From Octopus sinensis (Eukaryota): 64,000 bases of DNA. Position 1 is the stretch's first letter. Each line of letters opens with the position of its first letter. The position numbers and the translations under genes are program-made. The stretch is taken from the NCBI RefSeq assembly GCF_006345805.1, contig NC_043002.1, forward strand, positions 70,370,001-70,434,000, written 5' to 3'. Under the pieces are notes generated by a model. It was not told where the DNA came from and made no database searches. It saw only the letters and a program-made list of their open reading frames with translations. Shown here one piece after another: positions 53,045 to 64,000 of this stretch.

Positions 53045-53440
53045 AATGTTTTCTACATCAAGGGAAATTTTGTGAAAATGGTACAACGATGATTTGACGG
53101 CGATTTGTCTGCGTAGTGCATAATGAAATATTTCTGGTAAATTAGTTTACACGTCTCCCATAAAATAGATATCGACTTCGACTGGGTCTAGATTTCCGGA
53201 GAGTGTGAAGCAAATATCTTTCAAACCGTTAAATATCAATAAGTAATCTCGTAATGCACTATCTATCGATAAATTATATTAGTCATTTATCGATAGAATC
53301 ATAATAAGTCATATAATTATTTATTTGGATTTGATGATGGATGAGTGAAGCGTCGTTGTTTTCAAGCATGGATATCTCGCTAAACATTTGGCAATTGTTA
53401 ATTGGTCTTAATTTGCTAGAAAATTTAGCTTTGAAATACA
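53045..53440 (+). repeat. About 390-bp interspersed repeat, copy 1
   Basis: Direct repeat of 58775-59180 (ttttctacatcaagggaaattttgtgaaaatggtacaa..ttagctttgaaata). Confidence 0.85.
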
Positions 53441-54032
53441 TTTTTTCTTCGTATCGTCGGTCCGAAATGTCGTTCTTGCTGGTAAAGAAGTATTATTATA
53501 TCTAATACATGTGGTAAACGAAGTAAGTTTCTGGTATGAAATTAGAATATATTAATTTTTTTGTATGTGTGATAGTTTGTTGGATTGACCAAACGATCTC
53601 ATTATCAAACTACTCATGAAATACACTGCATTTTCTCAATTAAATTTGACTAATGAAGATTTTGGTAAAATAATTCTGTCATTAGTAAGATTAATTTTGG
53701 AACATACATTAACATGAAATTTTTATAGTAGGTTTTAATTTAGTTCCCGTTAAAACAGGAAGTCTGAATCTGAGAACCAAGGATTGTTTCGAGCGTGGTT
53801 GGTATCAAACTACAATTTTCTCCACCCCTGGGATGTGCTATAGAATGCAACTGGTTCTCTGAATGATGAAAAGTTATTTTTTTATGTACGTTTTAACATG
53901 ATAGTAAGCTTCCTTATCAACGTATTAGTATTTTGTTTACATCTGAACAGTAACTTTTTGGCATAAGCTTTCCATCAGACCAATATCTAGTTGAGTGCGT
54001 TTGTAGTACTGAGAATGCTATGGAAGTCTCAC

Positions 54033-54125
54033 CTTTTTCCAATATTTTGCCCATGTTATTATCCACCACATGATATGCACCCAGGAAGACGATGGGGCGG
54101 ACGTGCATTCGCTCATGCCAGGACA
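54033..54125 (-). CDS. Candidate 93-nt internal exon (xSWHERMHVRPIVFLGAYHVVDNNMGKILEK)
   Basis: (TG)n-cag|..GGAAAAAG|gtgaga; phase 1-1, open frame, GC-richer than its flanks; product not recognised. Confidence 0.35.
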
Positions 54126-54127
54126 CT

Positions 54128-54208
<81 letters not shown>

Positions 54209-54509
54209 CTATATATATATATATGCCAAATTGAGTAATTTATATTTACGATCAATACACATTCGAGTTTTCTCTCGAGTCATTTTGAACTTCAAATCTT
54301 GTTTAATTGCCATTGTTATTAAACTAACTATAGTTACCCCATTTTATATTTTCTCTGAAGGAATAAAGAGTTCAGTGACCGGTTCTATTGTAGTTAGAAG
54401 TTTTATCAGAGACCGAACTCCATCTTAAGTCTTCAGTAAAACGCAAGCGTTGTTTTGTCGCTATGGACCAACCACCAATCGATTCAATAATTGGAAAATG
54501 ATCATACAA

Positions 54510-55175
54510 GCGTCACGCATAAAGACAAACAACAAGGCACTGTTCTGATGTCGATGACAGCATTAAATAATTTGGGGAGAGAGTTCTTTTAAACAAACAA
54601 TTCTCTATTGAGGAAGTGGTAAAACGTTTGAAAATTAGCCACAAGTCTAAATATGAAATCATCAACATTTTAAAGCAGAAGTGCACAAACAAAATCGTTT
54701 TGAATCTGGTACTGACATTTGTATTGCAATAGTGAGGAAGATCACAAATTCTGAGGAAACAAAAGCATTCGGGGCTGTGTAGGAGAGTAAGGAAGCGAAG
54801 GAAGAACATCGGTAGGGTATGTCAAACTTGATCAGGTGGTGGGAGCGGAGGCGCAGATTAGAAAAAGTGAAGGAAGCACCTCTTTCTCTGGAAGTCAGAA
54901 GTAGAAGATCAGATTTTGAAGGCCAACCCGAAGATATGTTTTGTGGAATGGTCGATGAAGTAGAAATGAATAATCGGTGATCCATTGACAAGTTGGACAT
55001 TTGTGGAGCGCACTGCAAACCTGGTGACCACTTTGTCCCATGTAGTTCGAGTTGCAAATGGAACGTGGAGCCCGCATATGAAGCTGGTAGAGGTGCAACG
55101 AAAACAGTCCAAAATGTGGAATGTGCGGTTGTTGTGTCCGGTGAGGGTGATTATACCGGAAGGGTGTGGCAACAT
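54510..55175 (-). mobile_element. Degenerate LINE ORF1-like (zinc-knuckle) fragment
   Basis: RAPRSICNSNYMGQSGHQVCSALHKCPTC resembles a decayed gag-like CCHC array. Confidence 0.35.
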
Positions 55176-56044
55176 TAAAAATGAGCAAGGGGTGATCTAT
55201 ACATGTGCGTGTGCATGTGTTTGTGAGTGTGTGATTGTTGATTTCGTGTGTGTCTTTTGGTTCAACGCAATGAACATTGACAAATATACATTCATACACA
55301 GAAATAGATATTTAAATATTTTAAATATTTTATGTATTAACGAATAATACATACAGGCTTTACATTAATCTCCGGCATTTATGTTGTGCAAGCAGGTGCT
55401 TTTTTCTATCAAAGTAGTTGGCAACAGACTTTATGAGCGAGGTATACTCGCTTTAAGCTAATTATTGATAAACTTTACGTTGAATTAATTAAAATATTGT
55501 ATTTCATATAAGGTATTGACCTTTATTCAATCTTAAGCAAAGCTTGTCATTTAAGATATATCATCTTGACCTTCTTCGCTAACCTTGTCATATATTCTTC
55601 AGTTTTCTATGTTTCAAGCGGCCACACTATCTTGTAAGGTGACAGTTGAGATATAACACTCCTTAATAAGATGAGATTAAGTTCTAGCTGAATTTACATT
55701 CTGGAAGAAATTAATTTGACATGCAAAACCTACGGCAAACCTGTTTATGTACTAATGAGTTGATTTGCAGTATGTTGGATAAATATCATTAATACCTTTA
55801 AGTATATACATGCTATATCCTCACGCAAAAATATATGTGCATGTTTAAGAAATATTCATATGTATAGATATATGCGTACATATATACATAGGTGTATTCA
55901 TACAGGAAGACACATACACACACGCATATACATGTCTAGTAGTTGTATGACTCACTGGTTGAACAGAGGAGAGATAGATATGCGAATGAAACATTCCTCT
56001 TTTACAGTTTCTTACAATTTTTACTATCATTATTTAGTAAAGTC

Positions 56045-57620
56045 AAGGCGGCGAGCTGGCACAAACGTTAGCACGCAGGGCGAAATGCGTAGCCGTATTT
56101 CGTCTGCCATTACGTACTGAGTTCAAATTCCGCCGAGGTCGACTTTGCCTTTCATCCTTTCGGGGTCGATAAATTAAGTACCAGTTACGCAGTGGGGTCG
56201 ATATAATCGACTTAATCCGTTTGTCTGTCCTTGTTTGTCCTCTCTGTGTTTAGCCCCTTGTGGGTAGTAAATAAATAGGTATTTCGCCAGTCGCTACATT
56301 CTATGTTCTAATTCCGCCGAGGTCGACTTTGCCTTTCATCCGTTCGAGATTGGTAAATTAAGTACCAGTTACGTACTGGGGTCTATTTAATTGACTAGCC
56401 CCCTCCCTCAAAATTTCAGGCCTTGTGTCTATAATTGAAAGGAACATGTGTTAGAATTAAGGTGGCGAGCTGGCAGAATCGTTAGCATGCCGGGCGAAAT
56501 GCATAGCAATATTTCGCCCGTCGCTACGTTCTGAGTTCAAATTCCGCGGAGGTTGACTTTGCCTTTCATCCTTTCGGGGTGGATAAATCAAGTACCAGTT
56601 GCGTACTGGGGTCGATGTGATCGACTATCCCCCGCCCCCAATTTCAGGACTTTATAGTAGAAAGGATTATTTGGTAGAATCGTCAGAGTGTTAGATAGAA
56701 TGGTTAGTGGCATTTCTGCCAGTTCTTAAAGTAGTGAGTTCTAATAACACAGATGCCAACTTTGCCTGTCATACTTTCGAGGTCGATAAGATAACTACTA
56801 CTCCAACATGGACCTGATGTAATCGACCGACTCCCTCTCCCTAGAATTGCTGGCCTTGGGTCAAAATTTGAAACTAGTTTACGGAGATGAGCTGGCAGAA
56901 TTGTAAACATATCGGATAAAGAGCTTAATGGAATTTCTTCCTGCTCATGATATTTTGAGTTCAAATTCTGCTGATTTTGACTTTACTTTTCATTCTTTCG
57001 GGATATATAACATAAGGCGCGTGGCTTAGTGGTTAGGGCATTCGGCTCACGATCGTAACGTCGTGAGTTCAATTCCCGGCGACGCGTTACGTCCTTCAGC
57101 GAGACACTTTATTTCACGTTGCACCAGTTCACTCAACTGGAGAAAAATGACTCGTACCTGTATTTCAAAGGGCCAGCCTTGTCACACTCTTTGTTACGCT
57201 GAATCTCCCTGCGAACACCGTGAAAGCTACACGTATCTGTGGAGTACTCAACCATTTGCACGTTAATTTCACGAGCAGACTGTTCCATTGATCGCATCAG
57301 CTGGGACCGTCGTCATAGTAACCGACAGAGTGCTTCAAACTAACATAAGTACCAGATCAGCACAGGGTTCGATGTAATCGATCTACCTACCTTTTACTTG
57401 CTGACCTTCTACAAAAATTTGAAACTTTTTTATAATTATGATTGCGCTCGTACGCGGTGCGCTGACAGAATCGTAAACATGATTAGCGGCATGTCGTCCA
57501 GCTTTTTGTTCTGATTTTAAAAGGCGACGGGGTCTAATTTGCCTCTTTCATCCTTCCTGTGTCGATGAAATAAATACTAGTTGAGCACTGGGGTCCATGT
57601 AATCGACTACGCTGCTCTTC
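56045..57620 (+). mobile_element. Head-to-tail array of about seven SINE family A units with an embedded family C SINE (57016-57330)
   Basis: Repeated gagctggcagaa..gagttcaaattccgccgaggtcgactttgcctttcatcc modules that become more decayed from left to right. Confidence 0.9.
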
Positions 57621-57767
57621 ACAAGTAGTCGATTACATGTAGAAAGTATTTTAATGGTTGCACTCTACTTCAATTTCTGTCTCAGACAACCTTTCCTCTT
57701 TTACGCGATAGCGAGAGAGACCTATTTTGACCAGTAGAACTCAGCTGATTCAGAGAAAGAGAGAGAA

Positions 57768-57804
<37 letters not shown>

Positions 57805-58774
57805 AGAAAGAAAGAGAAAGAAAGAAAGAATGGGAAGGGGCTGGAAAGAGAATTGAATCATTTGCCATGCATGACTGTTACTTTATTTATCATCTCTTTA
57901 TATACAACTCTAATGTATATCAGATAGCTTTGTGGATTCGGAGCTGGGAGAACCGGCAGCAGTGATAACCGGCACAAATATCGCAAGAATTTCAACTTTT
58001 CACCTTGCAAATTAAATAAAGAGAATACCAAATTGATGTTCACACACACACACATACACACGCACACACAAACACACACACACGCACGCACGCACGCACA
58101 CATACACACACACACACACACACGCATGCACACACACACATGTATGCATGCATCTGCGTATCTGATTGAATTTGTATTTAACAGTCATGCATACTCTAGT
58201 GTGTTTGTTTCATTGAGATATACAGAAACCTCGTTGATGTATGCATAAAATCAAAACAGGCTGGTATGAGTGTGAAACACATGATCAAGCAGCATTGTCT
58301 TGGTGGGAAACTTACAGAGGTCCTCACCTGTTAATTTACGATTTGCTCTGTTAAATAAACACTTACGTTTTATGCTGAGTCAGGAATATTATCAGCGTTC
58401 AATAACTCACTGGTTTATTTCTCTTTAATTACGAAGTTACTAACGGCTCATAATGTATTTTCCCATTCCTAATAAATCCTTTTCTCTTAAACATAACGTG
58501 ATACTGTGCCTAAAATGATGAAAAGAAAATAAAATCTTTTCAGCACATGATCTATACCCTTGTTTATAATGGGTTTTTATAGCCACTAAGTAGAAATGAT
58601 GTGGTTAAAAATTCACAGGACCTATATCTAATCGCGATCAAAAAATTTTTCCCCTGTCATTCTTAGTTGTAAAACACTATATTATAACATTTATTGCAAA
58701 TTTTCAAGACACATTTTTGTTTTACATTTCATCTAAACTCTTTTCTTATCATCAAATCACTGAAGCACCAAGCA

Positions 58775-59180
58775 ATATTTTCTACATCAAGGGAAATTTT
58801 GTGAAAATGGTACAATGATGATTTGACGACGATTTGTCTGTATAATGCATAATGAAATATTTCTGGTAAATTAGTTTATGCGTCTACCATAAAATAGATA
58901 TCGACTTCGATTGAGTCTAGATTTCCGGAGAGTGTGAAGCAAATATCTTTCAAACCGTTAAATATCAATAAGTAATCTCGTAATGTATTATCTATCTATC
59001 AATAAATTATATTAGTAATCTATCAATAGAATCATAAGAAGTCACATAATTATTTATTTGGGCTTTTTGATGGATGAACGAAGCGCCTCTGTTTTCAAAC
59101 GTAGATATCTCGCTAAACATTTGGCAATGTATATTCATTTGTTAATTCGTCCTAATTTGCCAGAAACTTTAGCTTTGAAA
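58775..59180 (+). repeat. About 390-bp interspersed repeat, copy 2
   Basis: See 53045-53440. Confidence 0.85.
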
Positions 59181-59645
59181 TATCCATTGTTTTATCGTGG
59201 TCGTTTAATACAATCCTGGCGTCAATAAAACATACAATAAAACAGACATTTCTTATTTCAAAATAGGATAAATTAATACTATTTTACCATTGTTGTTTTG
59301 CTGAATTGACTTGAAGATTGATAGAAGAAATAAAATTGGCCTCATACAGTTGCTTTTGATACGGTATTGTTCTTCTACTCAGAGAATTCATTTTTACTTA
59401 TGTATAATGTACGTTTAAACACGTTGATCATCTTTCATATACATATGTTTGATGCATTATATTTTTGTTGCGGAAATTTCTGAAGAAATATCTAGGCTCG
59501 CAAGTTTCAATCAGAAAAATTTCTGGTCATCAGCATTTGCGATGAGAAGAGTAGCAAGGGTCTATCAACAGCTTTTGGTGTTTTCGCCATTATTATAAAT
59601 TTGTTTACCAATATAAGCTACCGAACACAGATGAATTCAAAATAA

Positions 59646-59730
<85 letters not shown>
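59646..59730. repeat. (TATC)n microsatellite abutting the 5' end of the LINE
   Basis: Direct reading. Confidence 0.95.
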
Positions 59731-60196
59731 CCACAATGGACGGACGCTAGTCATATCGGCTCCACGTAAGTTGGCCACTTTTACATGTTTAAAACTCCTT
59801 GTTGTCAAATATTTTGTTTTAATCGTTGTGCAAGTTCATTCACTAAAAACCTGAGAATTATTCACGTAGAATTCCGCCCCTGTATGGGCGAAATTACAAA
59901 AAAACTTTCAAAACTTTCGTGGGTTTTTTAGCCATTTTTCATTTTGAAAATGGCAACTAGAAACCACGTGGCTAGCCCGCCAGTCATGCAGAACGGTAGC
60001 AAAACACTATTGCTACCACTAGCTGCTAAACATCGCAGCGTGAACACCGCTGTCACCACCATCACAACCAAACAACAACAACAACAAATCTAACGTCGCA
60101 TTCACCATCGCCGCGACCAAAGACATTAACTTAGATTTCCCCTCACTCCCCACACCACTTGTTGATGATAAAGGGACAGAGAAAGGGATTTCAAAA

Positions 60197-61946
60197 ATGA
60201 ATACAAACGAAAACATGAATGCCAGCACCACCACCATCACCACCAACAACAACAACAACGAAATTGGCACAAAGCCGCCTACCAAAGACACACCCGCCAA
60301 CACCAACACCACTACTACGACGTCAAATGCTACATCCAAGCCTTCTGCTGCTAATACCGCCAACACCAACACCACTACCATGACTTCAATTAACACTGCC
60401 ACAATTAACACTTCTACTGCCAAATTCAAAACGAATTTTGCGGACGTAACAAAACAAAAAGAACAATTGTAACATTCACCACACAAGAGATAAACCGCAC
60501 AAAGGCACTCTTCTCCAAAGAAGGAGACAAATTGCACCTTCATATTCCACAACACATCGTGGAAAACACACAAAAAAAAAACAATAATTTATAAAGTAAT
60601 AAACAAAAAAACAAGAAGAACAGAAAATGCACCGCAGGAAAAAATCGATAAATGCCTTCGTCCTGTATGGGACTCCAAGGAATATATCAGTTGGGGAAAC
60701 AAATTTGGTACAGTCCAAGTACGTTTCCTCAACGAAAGTTTAGCAAAACGTTTTTCCACATTGGAGCTGCATTCGGACGACTTGGTAATGATACCAGTCT
60801 ACTTAACAAAAAGGGTCACGAAAGTCCAAATAAAAAACATACCATTTGATGTCGAAACACAATGGTTGGTCTCTGCCATCTGCTTTGAAATGTCAGAGAC
60901 AATGTCAGAGGCAAACATCCTGGAAATCGCGGTTCTAGGAGAGAAAGACTATGTGGGCAAATCAATCGAATTCCTGCTTCAATTGGATGAAGCAGCAAGA
61001 GAGAAGATACCCACCGCTATAGAACTGCCAGGAGGCTACAAACTCTATATAGTGGTAGAGGGCAGGCGACCACGCTGCTATTTGTGTGGAAGCGAAACAC
61101 ACTTGAAAAAGACGTGCCCAACCACTGCACACCAAGAGCAACAACAACAACCACTACCACAACCAAAGCACTCCGGAAAAAAAGCTCTACTACCCACACC
61201 ACCATCAACACAGAAGACAAGAGAAGCACACCAAGCTAATCCGTCATCAACCAAAAACCACTCGACACCTGAAAAAATACCAACACCACCATCAACAGCA
61301 AAACCCAAAGGAACAGAAAAACAAAGAAAACACACACAAACTGATCCCCCATCCCTTATACCGCACTCAACACACACAAACACTCAACAACCAACAACAA
61401 CGAAAACAACAACAAACCACTTACACAGACATACATAGAAGCCCACAACATACCCCTACCCCCTTCTGATTCCTCAGAAATTTCGTCGGAAGACGAAAGC
61501 AGTGAGGAATGGCAAATAGCTACAAAAAGAAGGAAAATAAAGAGCAGAAACACAACCAAACCAATGCAAACACGAACAAAGCAGGGGAAATACATCTCCC
61601 GAAGACATTTCAAAACCCAACGCAAACAACAGCCACACCACCAACACCACAAAAACATATACAGCAAACATGCACAGCCATAGACACCAAAAATACAAAT
61701 TTGATGGAATACATCCAATCAAAAACAAACATAACAGAAGATGACATAAAAACAAACAATCACCCATACACAACACCACCAGACCACATCAAAATATTAC
61801 ACATCTCCAAAAGTCTGCACCACACACTCAAAGGCATTTTCCCCAGTGCGGTTGGTAAATGCCAAAAATATCTCACAAAGAAACTGTACTGGGATCTTCT
61901 CGAGGACAAACCAACGGAGGAGAAAGCAAAAACTTTCGAGCAGTAA
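60197..61946 (+). CDS. LINE ORF1 (interrupted): N/T-rich N-terminus, RRM-like region, CCHC knuckle CYLCGSETHLKKTC, low-complexity C-terminus
   Basis: ORF pieces 60197-60472, 60761-61438 and 61509-61946 are separated by stops or frameshifts. Confidence 0.75.
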
Positions 61947-61977
61947 GTAACCCTCTGTATTCTAATTCATTAGAACT

Positions 61978-64000
61978 ATGATCAAGATTGGTTGTGTAAA
62001 TGCGCGTGGCTTGGGGTCCCCTTGGAAACAAGGGTACCTCTTAAATGACATAAAGTCACATAAGTTAGAAATCATAGCCATAAGCGAGACCAGACTCCAC
62101 AATCCGCGGGCCCTAAAGACCATGTTTGGCGGACAGTTCAACATTTATTTTTCCCCCTGTCTGCCGAGAATGGGCGGTAGTGGCACCGCGGTACTTTTTC
62201 ACAAGAGTCTGGATCTCAATGTAAGGACAATATTCGTAGACCCGGAGGGTAGACTGGTCGTCCTGGATGTCGACGGCAGCAATGGGTGCGCTTTTCGACT
62301 CGTATCAGTTTACGCACCGCCCTTAACAGGTCGGGCGGATTTCTTTCAACGTCTAGAAATTTTCTTGGGAACGTCTCGTCCTTTACTCTTAGTGGGGGAT
62401 TGGAATGCTACCTTGGACACGCATGTAGACTACGTGGGTAGAGATAGGAATAGACGGGGATGCAAATGCCTCAGAGACCTGCTCAGACGCTTTCAACTGT
62501 CTGACAGGTTCCGACTAGACCACCCGAATGCGCCAACGTGGACATGGAGCAACCGCATCGGGTCGTCGAGATCGTATCTAGATAGGATACTGTGTAGGAC
62601 AGTAGATAGAGATAGCATAGGATGTCCACAATTCCACATAGTCAGCTACACGGATCACAAACTTGTGACATGTACGCTAGACTTAGGTAAGACACTTAGG
62701 CAGGGTCCCGGATACTGGAAACTAAACGCGTCTTTCCCATCGAGACAAGTTTTCAGAGACCGGATTAGCACACTAGTAAAGAGGGCTTTGACGGGAGCCA
62801 TCATCAACAACAAATGGTGGTTTGCCCTCAAGAGAGCAGTAAAAGCAGAAGCGATTAGGTACAGCAAAGCACTAGCCATAGACAGAAATAGAGTAGAGGG
62901 TGAGCTAGTTAAGAAGCTAGAAGAGGCAATTAGAAGCGGCATCGCATCCGACGTTTTGGCGGCGAGGTTGGCCCTCGACCAACACTTCAACGCCAAACAC
63001 GAAGGATGTGCTGTCAGAGCTAGGATGCGTGCTCTAAGGAACGAAGGTGTTGGAGCCGCGAGAGAGGCCCGGGTGGCAGAGGCGCAACAGGGCAACAAAG
63101 CCACCATTCGGTCACTGGTAGATGAACAGGGGCGCGAATTGCTCGAGCCAAGTAAAATGTGTGAGGCCTTTCAGCAGCATTTTGCCCGACTGTTCGGAAC
63201 GAGTGGAGGGCAAGAACGTAGGGTGGACTTCAGTGCCTACCTACATAGCCTACCACGACTCTCGACAAGAAAGGCAGGGTGCTGCGAAGGTGCCATCACG
63301 GCGGCGGAAGTGCGGGAAGCGATGGCAGAATGCTCGAGGGACAAATCACCGGGTTTGGATGGTCTACCCTACGAGCTTTACAATTGTATGCCAGACTTGT
63401 TTGGAGATCTCTTGGCGGCGGTGTACTGCAACTGGCAGCAAAACGGGAGCATTCCTGGTTTTGTGAGCCGAGGAGCCGTAACACTGCTGAAGAAAGATCT
63501 AAACAAGGGAAATGTAATGGATAACTTTAGGCCCATCACTCTGCTTAATGCAGACTTGAAAATTTGGCCAAGGTGCTAGCCAAGAGGTTGGCGCTTGTCA
63601 TCGAGAAACTGGTCGACAAGGCGCAAACATGCGCCGTGCCAGGCCGGACCATCCATGACAACCTCCATCTGATGCGCTACATCATAGACAGGGTAGTTAA
63701 CGAACCTGGCATGGGTGGGGCCCTGATCAACTTGGATCAATCGAAAGCCTTTGATAGGGTAGACCATCGATACTTGGAGGCAGTCCTGAGAGCGGCTGGT
63801 TTCGGTCCCGTCTTCCGCGGCTGGATAGCTGCCTTGTACAGAGGCATCCGTTCGGTAATTCGCGTAAATGGACATCTATCGAGACCTTTCGACATTGCAC
63901 GTTCGGTCCGTCCGGGATGCCCCCTCTCGGCGCTTCTATACGTATTGACTCTTGAGCCACTACTGCGGAAGCTGGCGACTCTAAGGGGCATCCCGCGAGA
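61978..64000 (+). CDS. LINE ORF2: AP endonuclease + reverse transcriptase (1-nt frameshift at about 63565)
   Basis: NARGL, SETR, VGDWN, RSYLDRI, TDH, KSPGLDGLP and NFRPITLLNAD; after the frameshift, LDQSKAFDRVDH and GCPLS. Confidence 0.95.

Larger units (their letters stand above)
59731..64000 (+). mobile_element. Apparently full-length Tx1/L1-type LINE, copy 3 (5'UTR, ORF1, ORF2; continues beyond the window)
   Basis: Two-ORF organisation with an ORF1 zinc knuckle and an ORF2 APE+RT; near-identical to copy 2 where they overlap. Confidence 0.95.

Noticed and set aside
57016-57090. tRNA-like sequence with A and B boxes
   Set aside because: It continues into a SINE body found in several copies and has no proper acceptor stem; it is a SINE head, not a tRNA gene.
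58290-58385. Cluster of minus-strand splice-like signals (ag|gtgagg, two gtaagt); similar cases at 4405-4452, 10120-10175, 28090-28110 and 41860-41960
   Set aside because: Weak or absent pyrimidine tracts or unrecognisable peptides; chance occurrence is likely in AT-rich DNA.
53045-59180. Two 390-bp direct repeats 5.7 kb apart as possible LTRs
   Set aside because: No TG..CA ends, PBS/PPT or gag-pol interior; treated as two copies of an interspersed repeat.

Overview
Very AT-rich, microsatellite-dense eukaryotic DNA with no recognisable host protein-coding gene. The SINE families and repeat landscape look like a coleoid cephalopod, probably Octopus (inference). Nearly all long entries in the ORF track are microsatellite artefacts. 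The real content is mobile DNA. (1) Three copies of a young Tx1/L1-type LINE, each with (TATC)n or (TGTC)n at every junction visible in the window; one copy is apparently full length and runs off the window end. (2) Many Penelope-like (PLE) 3' fragments in (TA)n tracts, carrying minimal hammerhead-ribozyme motifs of two families. (3) A cluster of near-perfect fold-back palindromes at 39.3-40.9 kb. (4) Non-autonomous Helitrons, including a precise head-to-tail dimer and an element with Helitron 3' ends at both termini. (5) Tc1 and mariner remnants, a hAT remnant, CR1 and RTE-like LINE remnants, and at least three tRNA-derived SINE families, two stretches of which form tandem arrays. A few isolated exon-like segments, including an 18-nt microexon candidate, suggest the window may lie within introns of a large gene, but this is unproven. 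All identities and structures were read by eye; no searches were run.
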